Assembly: GCA_038496445.1 (NCBI GenBank)
Contig: JALMLS010000370.1
Location: forward strand, 124,001 to 188,000
Origin: Trichosphaerium sp. ATCC 40318
Taxonomy: Eukaryota; Protista; Tubulinea
Length of the DNA: 64,000 nucleotides
Direction: 5' to 3'
Shown: positions 50,178 to 61,866 of the stretch, piece by piece
How the letters are laid out: each line of letters starts with the position of its first letter
Numbering within the stretch: the stretch's first letter is position 1
Program-made: the position numbers and the translations under genes
The notes under the pieces: generated by a model
Seen by the model: only the letters and a program-made list of their open reading frames with translations
Told to the model about the DNA's origin: nothing
The model's database searches: none

Positions 50178-51534
50178 ATGACACTTGATACGCGCTACGC
50201 GATATTAATTACATTGGTGTATTTGGTTTGTGTTGAACCTCATGTTGTACGAAAGCACTCACAAAACTTACGCTAACGCGTCCGTCAGCGATTTAAATGC
50301 CCTGCACCGCGAAGTAGCAAGTCTGGGATAAAACAGGTTACATTGCTACCATCTTGAGCGCAAACAACCTAAGCAAGTATGTAGGGTCCGTGTGGTGACG
50401 AAACAGGCATGCTAGAAATGAATCCGAGAACAGCAGTGCAACCAGGGTTATTTACCGTATATTGGGAAGAAACTATCCAAGTAAGCCCTATTACGTTGCC
50501 CTAATTAATATCGTAAGCACTATGGAAGCCCTTTCCGAATTAGCCTTAGTATAAATGACGACTCGCTGTATGAGGACTTTGGTGCGCTCCATCAACTACG
50601 TTCGATCATTTGACACGTCCTAGTGCTTGCTGATCATATTCCTAATCATCACGTGGGTACGATTTGTGTAATTTCTTGATACACGTCAGTACAACTTCAT
50701 ATCCAACTCATTTTAATCCAAAGTCCCTGATGATATCGTCGACTATGCTCTCACAATAACGATACCGGATATTGACTGTGTAAAGTGCTCCCTTCAAATC
50801 ATACAACCAATGACGGTACCCCTCCTCTACTGTGCGCGTTTCATTAAAAGCTGACTAGATTTTAGGACAAGATAGGTAAGTTACAGTCGTAATGTGACGT
50901 CACACATATCCACAAACTTTTTTACAGGTGGAACCAACTGGTCAAATAAAACAGCGTGTATTTACGACGCCAATTCTCACACGGACAGAAACAATGAACC
51001 ATACTGCTTTAGTGTATACCACTCCTGCGCCAATATTCGGATAACAGGGTAGGGAACCCATCCATGAGGCACATACCCAATTGCTAACTACACATGTAGA
51101 AGTCAGGATCCTGCTGCCTGGGCATACTCTTATGAGGCTAGCAAGCCTACTGGATGGCCCTACGGTATGACACCTACAGCTAACCAATTCTTCAGTTGTT
51201 TATCATTTTTACAGCAAAGGGCGGAGAGTACCTTACCACAGAAACCACAGACTATGACGGTGAATGGCCTATGGGATTTAAAGGTCCTGAAGTAGGTATT
51301 TGTGCGCCAACGCTAGCACCAACTACTAGCGCTCCTGTAGCCCCAGTACCGCCAACCACTAGCGCCCCTATAGTGCCAGTAGAACCAATGTCACCGGTAG
51401 CACCAACTAGCAGCCCAACAGTTTCACCTACAGTTGATGTTTCTACCACTTCATCCGCCTTTACCCAATTTGTTGACCACATGGCAACAACATTTTTTTG
51501 CTTAATTGTCTTGGTGAGTGTCGTTAATTGCTGA
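50178..51534 (+). CDS. Secreted, probably GPI-anchored histidine-brace (LPMO-like, SCE4755-type) copper protein with P/T stalk
   Basis: Signal peptide ending ..VCVEP, then H-V-RFKCPAPRS..IKQGPCG, VYWEETIQHYGSPFRI, LADHIP, TIPDIDCVKCSLQIIQPMTDK and VYHSCANIRITG. C-terminal STTSSA-spacer-hydrophobic tail. Confidence 0.8.
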
Positions 51535-51596
51535 TAACTCAAGGGTGGATACAGCATTTTTTATGTATGTACAACAATAAAATACAATAGTTTACA

Positions 51597-54500
51597 TTAG
51601 TTAGTACTGCTAAAGGCGAATTCAGATATGAGAAGTACGTCTTGAATCGAAATGTCCATAGACGCGAAAATCGCAGCAGCTTTTTTTCTCAGTTCCGGTT
51701 GCCCGGACAGATTACTTAATAACGCAGTTGCAAGTGCTTCGTCATAAGGCATATCAACTGAGTTTGCATGGTCTGCGGCTTTTTGAAGACCTAAACAATA
51801 ATCACGTGGTGATCTAAACAGAACGATTTGGAAAAAAAAAAAACCCCGCCAACACTCGTTGTGTGCGTACCTTGCATAGCCCGTTCTATCTTTTCATGAA
51901 ACAAATCTAATAAGGCCTGAAAAATAGCATGCCGAGGTTGGCTAAACGCAAATATCTCGGAAAACTTGGAATGGTATCCAATGACTTTGTCAAGAGTGTG
52001 AATTATCTTCTGGCTTGATGGTGGGCTCACCCAGGAGTAATCCTGCTTAAGCGGTGTATTTGGTGCAGTGTACCAACATAGGATGAGGAGAGCCTCTATC
52101 AAAGATACATATCTATTGGAAAACATGAGGAAAAAAGTCGCAAAGCCTAAACTACTTGGCACTTACCCAGCGAAAGCGAAAAAAGCTGTTGGTGACGCTT
52201 TTGAAAGTATACGAGTTGCCTTGCTAGCCGTGTCCCATGCTTTATCCAAGTCGTTCTCATGAACATGCTTCATTGCTTTGAGGCCGTAATAGTTTATCTT
52301 GGACACTACATCGAGCACATAGGCGTTCAAGTCGACCTGTCCAAATGTAGAACGGACTTGATCCAACTTTGAAGAAAACTCTTCATATCGTCCCAACGCA
52401 TGTAAATTTCGAGCTTGGGCAATCATAGCAGACACACGTATCTGTATATCACCACGTTGCTGAGCAGACCTACAAGTGATTGTTAATGACGACATGTTGA
52501 AAAAAAAAAAGAGCAATTCAGCACACTCTTACTTTAATCCGCGATTAATACACTTGGAACTCTTCTTTAGTCTTCCTTGTAAGTAGTATATCGCAGAAAG
52601 CAAGATGGTCGATACTTCATACCGCCGCGAATCTTAAACTCAGGTCAGGAACCAAAGCATACTACGAGACAACCGTACCTCCGATACGTTTACCGAGCTT
52701 CCTCGCGTGTTTGAACGCACTGGTGGCTATAGTGGATCCAGTAAGCATTAACATTGTAATTCGAGTGACGAATCTTACCTTGGTGCCAGTCCGCAATAGC
52801 GGCAAAGTAGTTCCCTGCGTTTTGTTTAATGACAGCGAGGGACTTTGGGTCATTATTCGACATTTGTTCTGCTAACCGCAAATAATTATCTGCCACTGCA
52901 TATTTTTGAGGATTTAGTGACGCAGATAGTATGGCATTGCCGTACGCCTACATTAAACGCAGTTAAGTCAAGGCATGTATATAGTAATTGATATGGCGTA
53001 CCCTATATGTGGCATGTGTTGATCCTGATCCTGCTTCCACCCGTTCTACTTGTTGGGCGTACTTTATGGCTCGTGAAGCACAGTACTCTAAGCCATGTTT
53101 GTTACATTTATAGTAACTGACTTTTGTGAGGTATATGTAAAGCAACACTGCTTCTTTCATTTCATTTTGCTTTTTAAATGGCATTTTTTTGGGCAACTTG
53201 TTTATACCAAATGTTTTGCTTCGTGGCCCTTGAAGCTTTAACAGGCCTAATCCCTCTTCTAGCTGGGCTGTAGCGCTATCTAGTTTACCTAGATTAAATA
53301 GAGCTTGTCCAAGTTGTCTACGCCATGAAACTACAGTGACAAGCTTTATTGAAGGCTGTTGTCCCCATATTTCAAGTGCTTCATTGAAAATGAGGCAAGC
53401 CTCTGCGTTTGCATGTGCCTACAAAGCTTGTTATAAAAAAATTCACAACAACTTGTTGTATTTGTACGCACCACTATAGCGCCTTTACCAGCTCGATTGA
53501 AGTACTTTATAGCGCGTTGTGGCGTATTGGATAGTTTCCAATGGTAGGCGAGCACCTACAATCATGTAAGCAAATATGCTGAGGTTCTTTTTTGTTCTAA
53601 AAAGGAAACCGTACAGAGTTTGAACCGGCCGTTAATAGCTCCTTATGCGTCTCATAGTAGGTAGCGACCTTACCGTGTAATTCTTGACGTTTTTTGAGTA
53701 ACATTTGCTGGTATACCACCTATTTTATTCGGTTACTTTCAAACGAAACTGACACCAAATAATCGTACCTCTTGAAAAATGATATGGTTGAAAGTGTAAA
53801 CCAGGCGGTTGCTACCTGGTACCACGATACCCATCTGTTCCGTTAAGTTCAAGATATCGTACAACTCATCAGCAGTTGTTTTAGGTAGCATAGACTGAAG
53901 CATTGAAACTCTGAACTCTGAGCCTTGTACGCTAGCAACCTTCAAAACAATCCGTTGTTTCTAAGTGAGTCAGTCAGTACACGAATAAAGTCTTCTCTGC
54001 AACGAACCTGCTTCAGTCTGTCGAGTTTACTAGTGATTAAACCCGTCAACGCATTGCTACTGGCAAAAATGCTGACTATATCGGCTTCCTTACCAGAAGT
54101 TATTCTAACCTCACCTGACACAAGTTATGTTAAGCACAAAAATATAGTGTTTTACCTCCTTCAACAGAGACGTGCTCGTTTTGTGACAACGCATAAGCAA
54201 TCTCCTCAAGCAGTAGAGGATTGCCTTGCGCTTTTTCTACAATAGTAACGACTGCGTCGGGTAGCCTTAAAAAGACATGTAAGCACAAAGTGTCACTTTT
54301 ACCAACGTACTTTGTATTAATAAGTGCGCCTATCTTGGACAATATCAGGTTCTTGGCTGCTTTTTGAGACAAAGGAGACACTTGCAGGCGCACTGCTCTC
54401 TCCAAACTCAATATTTGACTGTATTGAAGAGGTTTTGGTGAGATAGGGCGCAACGAGAGCACCAATAAAATATCATCAGTTTTAGCTAATGCCAAGAACA

Positions 54501-57500
54501 GTGCCCAACTCGCCGAATCCAGCCTGTCAACAGAATTAGACCGCACCAGAAACAAAAAAAGGCTACATACCACTGCGCATTATCTATGACTATGATACGA
54601 ACTTTGGAATACTGTAATATACGTAGGAGCAGTATTTGAATGTACTAACAGAAAAAGAATTGTGAATATAATAGCTTAATAACAATAAACATACCTCTGC
54701 ACGTTGTTCTGGAGACATGGCCTTCGTAGTCTAGAGGATACATTTTTTAGCCAAGGAAGTAATCGCAACAAGAGACGCACCTCCGTTTCTGATATTTCCA
54801 TAGGTATCACAGCGTTTAATAGTGGCGCAAACTCAATCAAGGTTTCGTCCATTCGGAGAAGATAAGACAGAAACATTCTAGGAGAGCTAGGGCTGCTAAG
54901 CTTCGGGTCCATAACATGAGAAGCCACTAGGCTATGAACAATGTTCTTTACTCCACTATAAGCGGTTGTGTGCTTGATTGAGTCAGCAGAACTGAATGCA
55001 CATTTAATACTAAGACATTTAGTTAACAACTCCAATGATCAAGCTATCGTACTTTTGCTCTTTTATACTATTTACAAAGGACTTGAGGATTGCTATAAAA
55101 AAAAGTGAGGGTCAATGTGACATAGCCCTTAGGGAAAAAAGTGGTACCTGTCTTTCCAACACCGGCTTCTCCTTCTAACACGGCAACACCACAAATTTTA
55201 CCTTCCTGCTGATTCGAAGCCATTTCATCAAGCTGAGAAATAACTGTCTTGCGATCAAAAAGACAGAGTGATTTGTGGTAGCGGTTGAGAGACGATAATA
55301 TAATCTTTCTTTTTCCAACAGGAGAGAAAATATCAATCTAGAACCACCACGTGAGAAATAGAAAAAATTCTGGATTATACGTACTGGATTGCTTTTGCCT
55401 TTCACACGAATAGGTTGTAACACATCAAAAACCAACTGGCTTTTAACTCGCGTGTACGTTTCTTTGTCTACAAGTATACCGCCGTTGGCTCTGGACATGA
55501 GGCGTGCAGATAAATTCTATTTAAAATAGTGAGGACGCGCTGTTTTGAAGGGAACAGGACGTACAACAATATCGCCAACCATCGCATACTCCATCCTATC
55601 AGGCGAACCCACAGACCCGCAAAATGTATCCCCTGTTGTTACACCAATAGAACACTTTATACCAAGCTCTGAAATTGAATAGTGTCAGAAAATAACTGTA
55701 ACAAAGCACGCAAGTTCATGTACCCGTTAGCAATGCTAAAATATCAATAGCAGTATTAACGGCCCTAAATGAGTCATCTTCATGACCCAGCGGAGGGAGT
55801 CCAAATGCAGATATAAGCACAGAACCCTATTTAAAGTATTAGATTTTGGATACCTTTATCTTTGGCAGACTCATAAAATTACCTTATCATCGAACAAGAA
55901 CTGTCTGACGCTTCCTTCGTATGTGTAAATAGCTCTTTGCATACCGATCATAGCCTTCTGTAAAATATCCAAACGATCCTCTGCAAACTGAATGTCTAAA
56001 TTCACAAAAATAACAGATATACAACGCAATTCAGCCAGCCATTCGTGTGAGGTGGTTGCTTGGATTTGCTTTAGTACCTATACACATGTTAAGTACAATG
56101 ATAGTCAACTAGTATTTGTAACACGCACCGCCTGTGGTACATAGCCAGATAGGGCTTGTTCTACTCCCAAAAAGTTAGGCATGCTGTTTATAATTACCGG
56201 ACGCTCAATTTGTCCACCAGGTACTATGTTGTCAAGTCTAAAAAAAAACATGTTAAAGGTTTTTGACTAGATGTCCATCAACTCACCTCATATTTGGTAA
56301 GTTATCTAAAGCCACGTTTTGTAGAATAAAGTTCAAATCGCTAATATGTACAACGCCAGGATCATTTCCAGACCGCAATGAGACCTTATAAGTATGAGGA
56401 CAACCAGGTTCTGTAATTAATACCGTACATTAACACGTGATCTTATAAGGTTCCATGTGTCTCCGGACAAGAAGACCTCTCCAGGTTTTGCCATGTGCTC
56501 ACAATCACATGTTTGATCTAGAGCCTCGCCAGCAATCATGTATTCCTGTCGATTCTGACCACCAACGTAAATACCATATATTTTACCGGAGCCAATACCG
56601 CAGTGAATATTTAAAACACCCTCTGCAACTTCGTAGTTATTCAGCTTCTCCTTGATCTCCATAGCACATTGTACAGCGAGCATAGCTGCACAGGGCAATC
56701 CTTCTTCATTATCGGTTGGCCACACAGCCATGATAGCATCTCCAGCGAACTAATAAACAATCAGAATTAAGTTAAAGTTATAAAAATAAAAAAGAGATTG
56801 TGTACCTTTACAATATCTCCGCCGTGTGTAGATATCTGGGCAATCAGGGCGCCAAAGTAATTATTGAGATAGCCAGTTAATTTTTCAGTACCACCTTTCC
56901 CTTGAGCTCCAAGGCGCTCCGTAAGGGGTGTAAATCCAGAGATATCAACAAACATTACACAACCGTAATAACTTTCAATAAAAGGAGGTTGTAACACTTT
57001 TTGATTTGCTTTTAGCGATCGCATTACCAACTTGAAGGACGTTAAACTCATGCGTGCGCGACTTGTAATAACTTACCTTTGGTACAAACTTCTTCAAAGC
57101 GCTACATCTGACAGCTTGGTCTCGTGTCATTATCTCGACCGACTTTTCATTATGTATACCCAACAGCCAAAATGACTGGTTAAGATCATGTACGTCGCCT
57201 TGTATAGGCTCTACAGTAAGCGGTTCGTCCCTATGTAAGAAAGCTTCGGCCATTTTCCGTGGTACCCTGGCATTCTTATCAACAGTCTTTCCAATACGCT
57301 TCTTTATTTTGAAAACAAGGCTACGATATTCCTGTCCTTTATCCTAAAACAAACAGTATATTTGAGAACTAATCCTGAGCTAAATAGACTAACCTCAAAG
57401 CTGTACAGAAACGAATTATCTCGGAATGGTTGACTGTAAGTAACATGGAAAATCATGTTTTGATAATACATCGCCTTGACACATGTCAAAAATCACTAAA

Positions 57501-58724
57501 GCACTTAAAGCAAGCGTACAGTGCCAATTTTGCAAGCATCCTCACGTTGTAATCCCGTTATCTTCATAATTGCATCAACAAGTTGAAGTCCTTTTGACAA
57601 TGAAATCAGTGGCTTGTCAAGGAGTAGACACTTGTTTAATACCTGTAAAGCAATTCTCATACGTCTTTTCATACCACCGCTTGTCAGCACTCACTAGTAT
57701 GTCACCTTTTATTAATGTGTCTAAATATTTGGTAAGAAACTTAAAGCGGTGCATTTACAAACCTCTAAGCGAACGAACTTTGCCTAAAGCGAGCCATCCC
57801 TCCTCTTCAAATGCGGATAGGATTCCTTTGTTTATGTCAAATTACGTCACATTAAACGCTGCTAAGTACCTTTTTTCTTATTTGGATTAATAATCTTTGG
57901 TGGCGCATCCAAATTGCGTTGTTTCATTGGAGGACGCCGGTTTTCAAGTCCCAAACGAGCTGGAATAGGAGGTGCTATCTTCTTCTTGTTATGAGCTCTG
58001 TATGACTTTAGCGGTCTTGGTGGCGGCGTGGGGGCTTTGACGGTCTGAGGCCTCTTTGGATAAGGTGCTGAAAAGCGCCTAGACTTTTTTCTTGCAGCTG
58101 CCGCACTATTGTAACAAGTTATAAAAACAAAACAAAACCATAGTCTGTTGTAATCTTGTTGGTACGTACTCTATGAGGTCTTTTAGTGAGTTTCCTCGTG
58201 TGAGGGTTCTACGACAATACATTTTTAGTATGTGGTGTTAAAACAAAAAAAAAACAGTGGAATTCGAGTTACCTTGCTAAGCCTGCCGGTTGAGCCAATG
58301 AAATGCTCTCGCTCTCTACTGACGATCGCCTGCTGCTCGCAGCGCTTGATCTAACGCTATCGAAACCAAGGTTTTTTCTACGGACGTGCAATGACTTGCT
58401 GGTGGATTCAAGTGAGGTGCGTTTTCGTCCATTTGAGCGACCAAAGCCGCCTTTTCGCAAATGTCTTTTTGAAGAAACGTGCAAAGTGGCAGGCTGGTCG
58501 TTGCCAGTATCTGACGTCCTCCTCTTGCGTGGTCGCTCAGGGGATAGTGAAATTGCTAAAGATTGCGATCTATCCCTTCCAATGTTGACTGGTTGCTGAG
58601 TGGGGAACTCTGGGAGCGTTGAAATTGCTTCGCTTTTATCGTGATCATTTGAGCTGTATCTTGCTATTAGCTTATGTCGCAACGAACGCGTGTTTTGCGA
58701 TAAGCGCTTAAACTTGTTTCTCAT
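51597..58724 (-). CDS. Soluble class III nucleotidyl cyclase (ADCY10/SgcA family): DEP, two cyclase domains, P-loop/STAND NTPase, TPR-like region
   Basis: C1: VMFVDISGFTPLTERL, KFAGDA, IHCGIG. C2: AELRCISVIFV, RQFLFDDKGS, SIGVTTG, EYAMVGDIVNLSARLM. Walker A GEAGVGKT; KAQGNPLLLEE; FNHIIFQEVVY. DEP: DKRWYEKTYENCFTGLQLVD..IFHVTYSQPFRDNSFLYSF. Confidence 0.92.
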
Positions 58725-59131
58725 GCTTTGTTGGCCAATTTAGTGTCTGTTTTTCATCGCAATACTACCCTGCGCGATATGAAGTGCTGAATAAACGTTA
58801 CAGCTAAATACACTCGTTATTTTTAGTGGTTTGGACTACAATTTTATCTGTATGTAATTTATAAACTAACCTGTGGGCTATATTGTGGTTGGCGCTCTAT
58901 TTTAATGGATGCGTAACGGCTTTAAGCGAAATGTACCTCAATTCTTGCACTGAATAATTATTTAGAATGCAAACAGGTATTGAGCCGTAGCCAAGTACCA
59001 ATCAGTATCAACCACTTTACGAAGTGAAATCTACTTTTTGTTGAAGACTAAGGGAGAACTCTTGTAAGTTTTGCCGAAGTTGACCAAATCGCGGGAGTAA
59101 TTGAACACGCAGCAACGCTCTACCGTAAAAA

Positions 59132-60162
59132 ATGAGTACAGCCAAAGATATAGCTGCTCGCCTTCACAAGTTGGCACAAGACCCAGCCAGTAGAGCCATA
59201 CTGATTAAAGATAAAAAAGGCGCTATTGCTAGCTTGCTTATGTTTCTAAAAAACAAAGGTACAAAAGAAAAAGCCAACAGCTTGTCCTCGTTGCAGTAAA
59301 ACCATCCCCTAACCGCGCCGCAGACCCTGAAATAGTACTATTGGCGCTCGAAACCCTCCAGAAACTGTCTATAAGTCCAACAAACAGAACCGAACTGGCT
59401 TCTACCAAAGGACTAATGACAGTACTCAAGAAGCTCATGTTGTCTGGTAACCTTAAGCAAAAGAAGGTGAGAACCAATCGATTCAAAAAACATTTAAACA
59501 AAACAATTGCAAAACCTCGTTAGCCTGACGGCGTCTCACAAAAATCTAGGTCGCTATTTCAACATACACCAACTTGCAAGTAAGCAACAAAGTAAGACTA
59601 ATTCTGAGTTAATGTACATCTAGAGCACCAAAGAAGCCAGTGGACAAGAAGAGTTCCCTCGAATTCCTAAGGATAGGACAACTACCAGTACTGGTCGCCC
59701 TGTAACACATGTTCTTCTTTTCAACGAAGGCGAACAAGAGACTAATATGGTGCGATCGCCGCGTAAAAGGTTTTGCGGTGTTAACATTACACATAGAAAA
59801 AAGTTGAAAATTGTTTCATTCACGTTGCTGGTGTAGTATCATTTACTATGCAAACCGACCGCGAACCCCCTCAAGTACGGTCTCTACTTATGCGCATGTC
59901 AACCTAACACAATTTTAAGGCTGTAATACGTGCTACAACACCTTGCGACAGCATTATTGATTCCATCTTCAAAAGCACCACTATAAAATTAACCAAACAA
60001 GTTTTGAAGGAAAATGAACCAGGCTATCTTCCTGAACTGGATAATGAAGCAGGCTGGTTTAATCTCAACGGAATTATTTCTGTAGGTGCTACTAGGGCCA
60101 AGCAAACCAAGGCAAAGAAACCAGAAGGGTGGCTCGATACAGTAGGTAGTTACTTTTGGTAA
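59132..60162 (+). CDS. ARMC1: Armadillo repeat-containing protein 1 (ARM + HMA-like)
   Basis: LHKLAQDPASRAILIKD, LLMFL..DPEIVLLALETL, HVAGVVSFT, PGYLPE and terminal GWLDTVGSYFW* match the ARMC1 layout. Confidence 0.8.
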
Positions 60163-60494
60163 AAAAAAAGTGATTGCTTGCCAAATGTAGTGCGCCAGTA
60201 CAAGCACCGTACGACTCAAACCCAGTGTAGACACTATAGTGTCAGTTTGATGTACATTCCATAAAATACATTCCTTTCTGTACATTGGATTCATTATTTA
60301 TTTCAGTCCTCACCCTGCGAGAAATCAATAATATTAGCTACTCTACTGTTGTTCTGATACTGCAAGTCGGTATCTTTGCACCTAAATTAGCACAACTTAT
60401 TCTTGAAATACGACCTTAACACACAAAACAACAAAGAAGGTACTCGTCAAATCAACTCACCAAACCTAAATCTTTCACTAGAATAATACTAAAA

Positions 60495-61597
60495 ATGTCG
60501 TGGAGAGATTTCAAGATGGTACGCTTTGTAACTGCTCCAAATTTACCCTAATGCATAAACATAGGAGGCGCAGTTGAGTAAGTCCAGATATGAACATTTT
60601 TGAGCTCTCCAAGCTGATTAGATCTGATTAGGAGCCCAAAAAATTAACTCTAACTCCAAACGTACCCAATTGGGTATGCAAAAGGGTACTGGTGAAAAAC
60701 CAAGTCAGGTAGCGGATAGCGTAGCAAACCGTCACGCTGTTGGTGCGTTGAGCCAAAATCTTTTTGAGTTGGGCTAACTGGCCCTAGCACAACAAAAACA
60801 AAACTCCTACTCCAAGTCTGCTCAACTAGGCCACCAAAAAGGTACTGGAGAGAAGCACACTCAAGTTGCGGACGATGTGATGACCAAACACGCTACAAGC
60901 GCTCAAAAGCAGAACTCCTACTCCAAGTCTGCTCAACTAGGTCACCAAAAGGGTACTGGTGAGAAGCACAGCGCTGTTGCCGATGATGTTGCCACACGCA
61001 ATGCTCTTTGTACGTTTGACGCTCTAACGCGTTTATTATGCTAACGCTAGCTCATAGCCGCTCAAAAAACTGCGTCTTATTCTCGTGGTGAGCAACTCGG
61101 ACACCAAAAAGGTACCGGTGAAGCACCAACCCAAGGAACCGACTTGGCAACTGCTAACGCATTGGGTACGCGTACAGGAATTACAGACTGCTCATCTTTT
61201 CCGTTGTCATTGAAAATTGTCGTTTTAGCTTCATTTTTGGAATACATTTCCGTTAAAATATGAAATATTGACTGACACAAATTTAGAGCAACAAAAGATT
61301 GCTTCATCTGCTCGTGGCGAAACCCTTGGTACACACAAGGGCGACCAAGGCACGCGTGCTGCTGAAGGTGTACCACAACCTGACGGCTATGGTGAGAACC
61401 CAGACCATAACAACTATGCTGCTCCTGAACCTGCTGCACAAGAAGAGTACGGTGAAGAGTATGCTGGTGAAGAAGAGTACGCTGAAGAGTACGCTGGCGG
61501 AGAAGAATACGCCGAAGAGTACGCTGAAGAGTACGCCGGTGAAGAAGAATACGCCGAGGAGTACTATGGCGAAGAAGAATACGCTGAGGAATATTAA
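60495..61597 (+). CDS. LimE-repeat protein without a LIM domain: five ~37-aa repeats and an acidic EEY tail
   Basis: Repeat unit AQKQNSYSKSAQLGHQKGTGEKHTQVADDVMTKHATS; tail (EEYA/EEYAG)n. Confidence 0.75.
60790..61010 (+). repeat. 111-nt tandem duplication (37-aa unit)
   Basis: AACTCCTACTCCAAGTCTGCTCAACTAGG occurs at about 60802 and 60913. Confidence 0.9.
61441..61594 (+). repeat. GAAGAGTACGCT-type coding minisatellite (EEYA/EEYAG)
   Basis: About a dozen imperfect 12-18-nt units. Confidence 0.9.
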
Positions 61598-61866
61598 GAA
61601 TTTACTTAAATGTAAATTGCCTTTTTACTTAAATGTAAATTGCACCACAATAAATTGTACCATCTTCAAAGTTTGCTGTTTTTTTAGCGCCGTAGTTTGT
61701 ATAATGAGTGCTTAACCTGCGATATCTGGTAAAAAATGTTTAACATTGCGATAATCTCATTTGACTTTTTATGTATTTTTTACAGTATTGTACATTTTTT
61801 TTTTTTTTGCTTTACAAATTACACCACTACAACTAACAAGTACAAATTACAGCCACTCATTAAAAA

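Noticed and set aside
60052-60085. GC-AG intron in ARMC1
   Set aside because: The frame reads through to the conserved GWLDTVGSYFW* terminus without splicing.
61441-61594. CRISPR-like or non-coding repeat array
   Set aside because: The units are in-frame EEYA codons with synonymous variation and no unique spacers.
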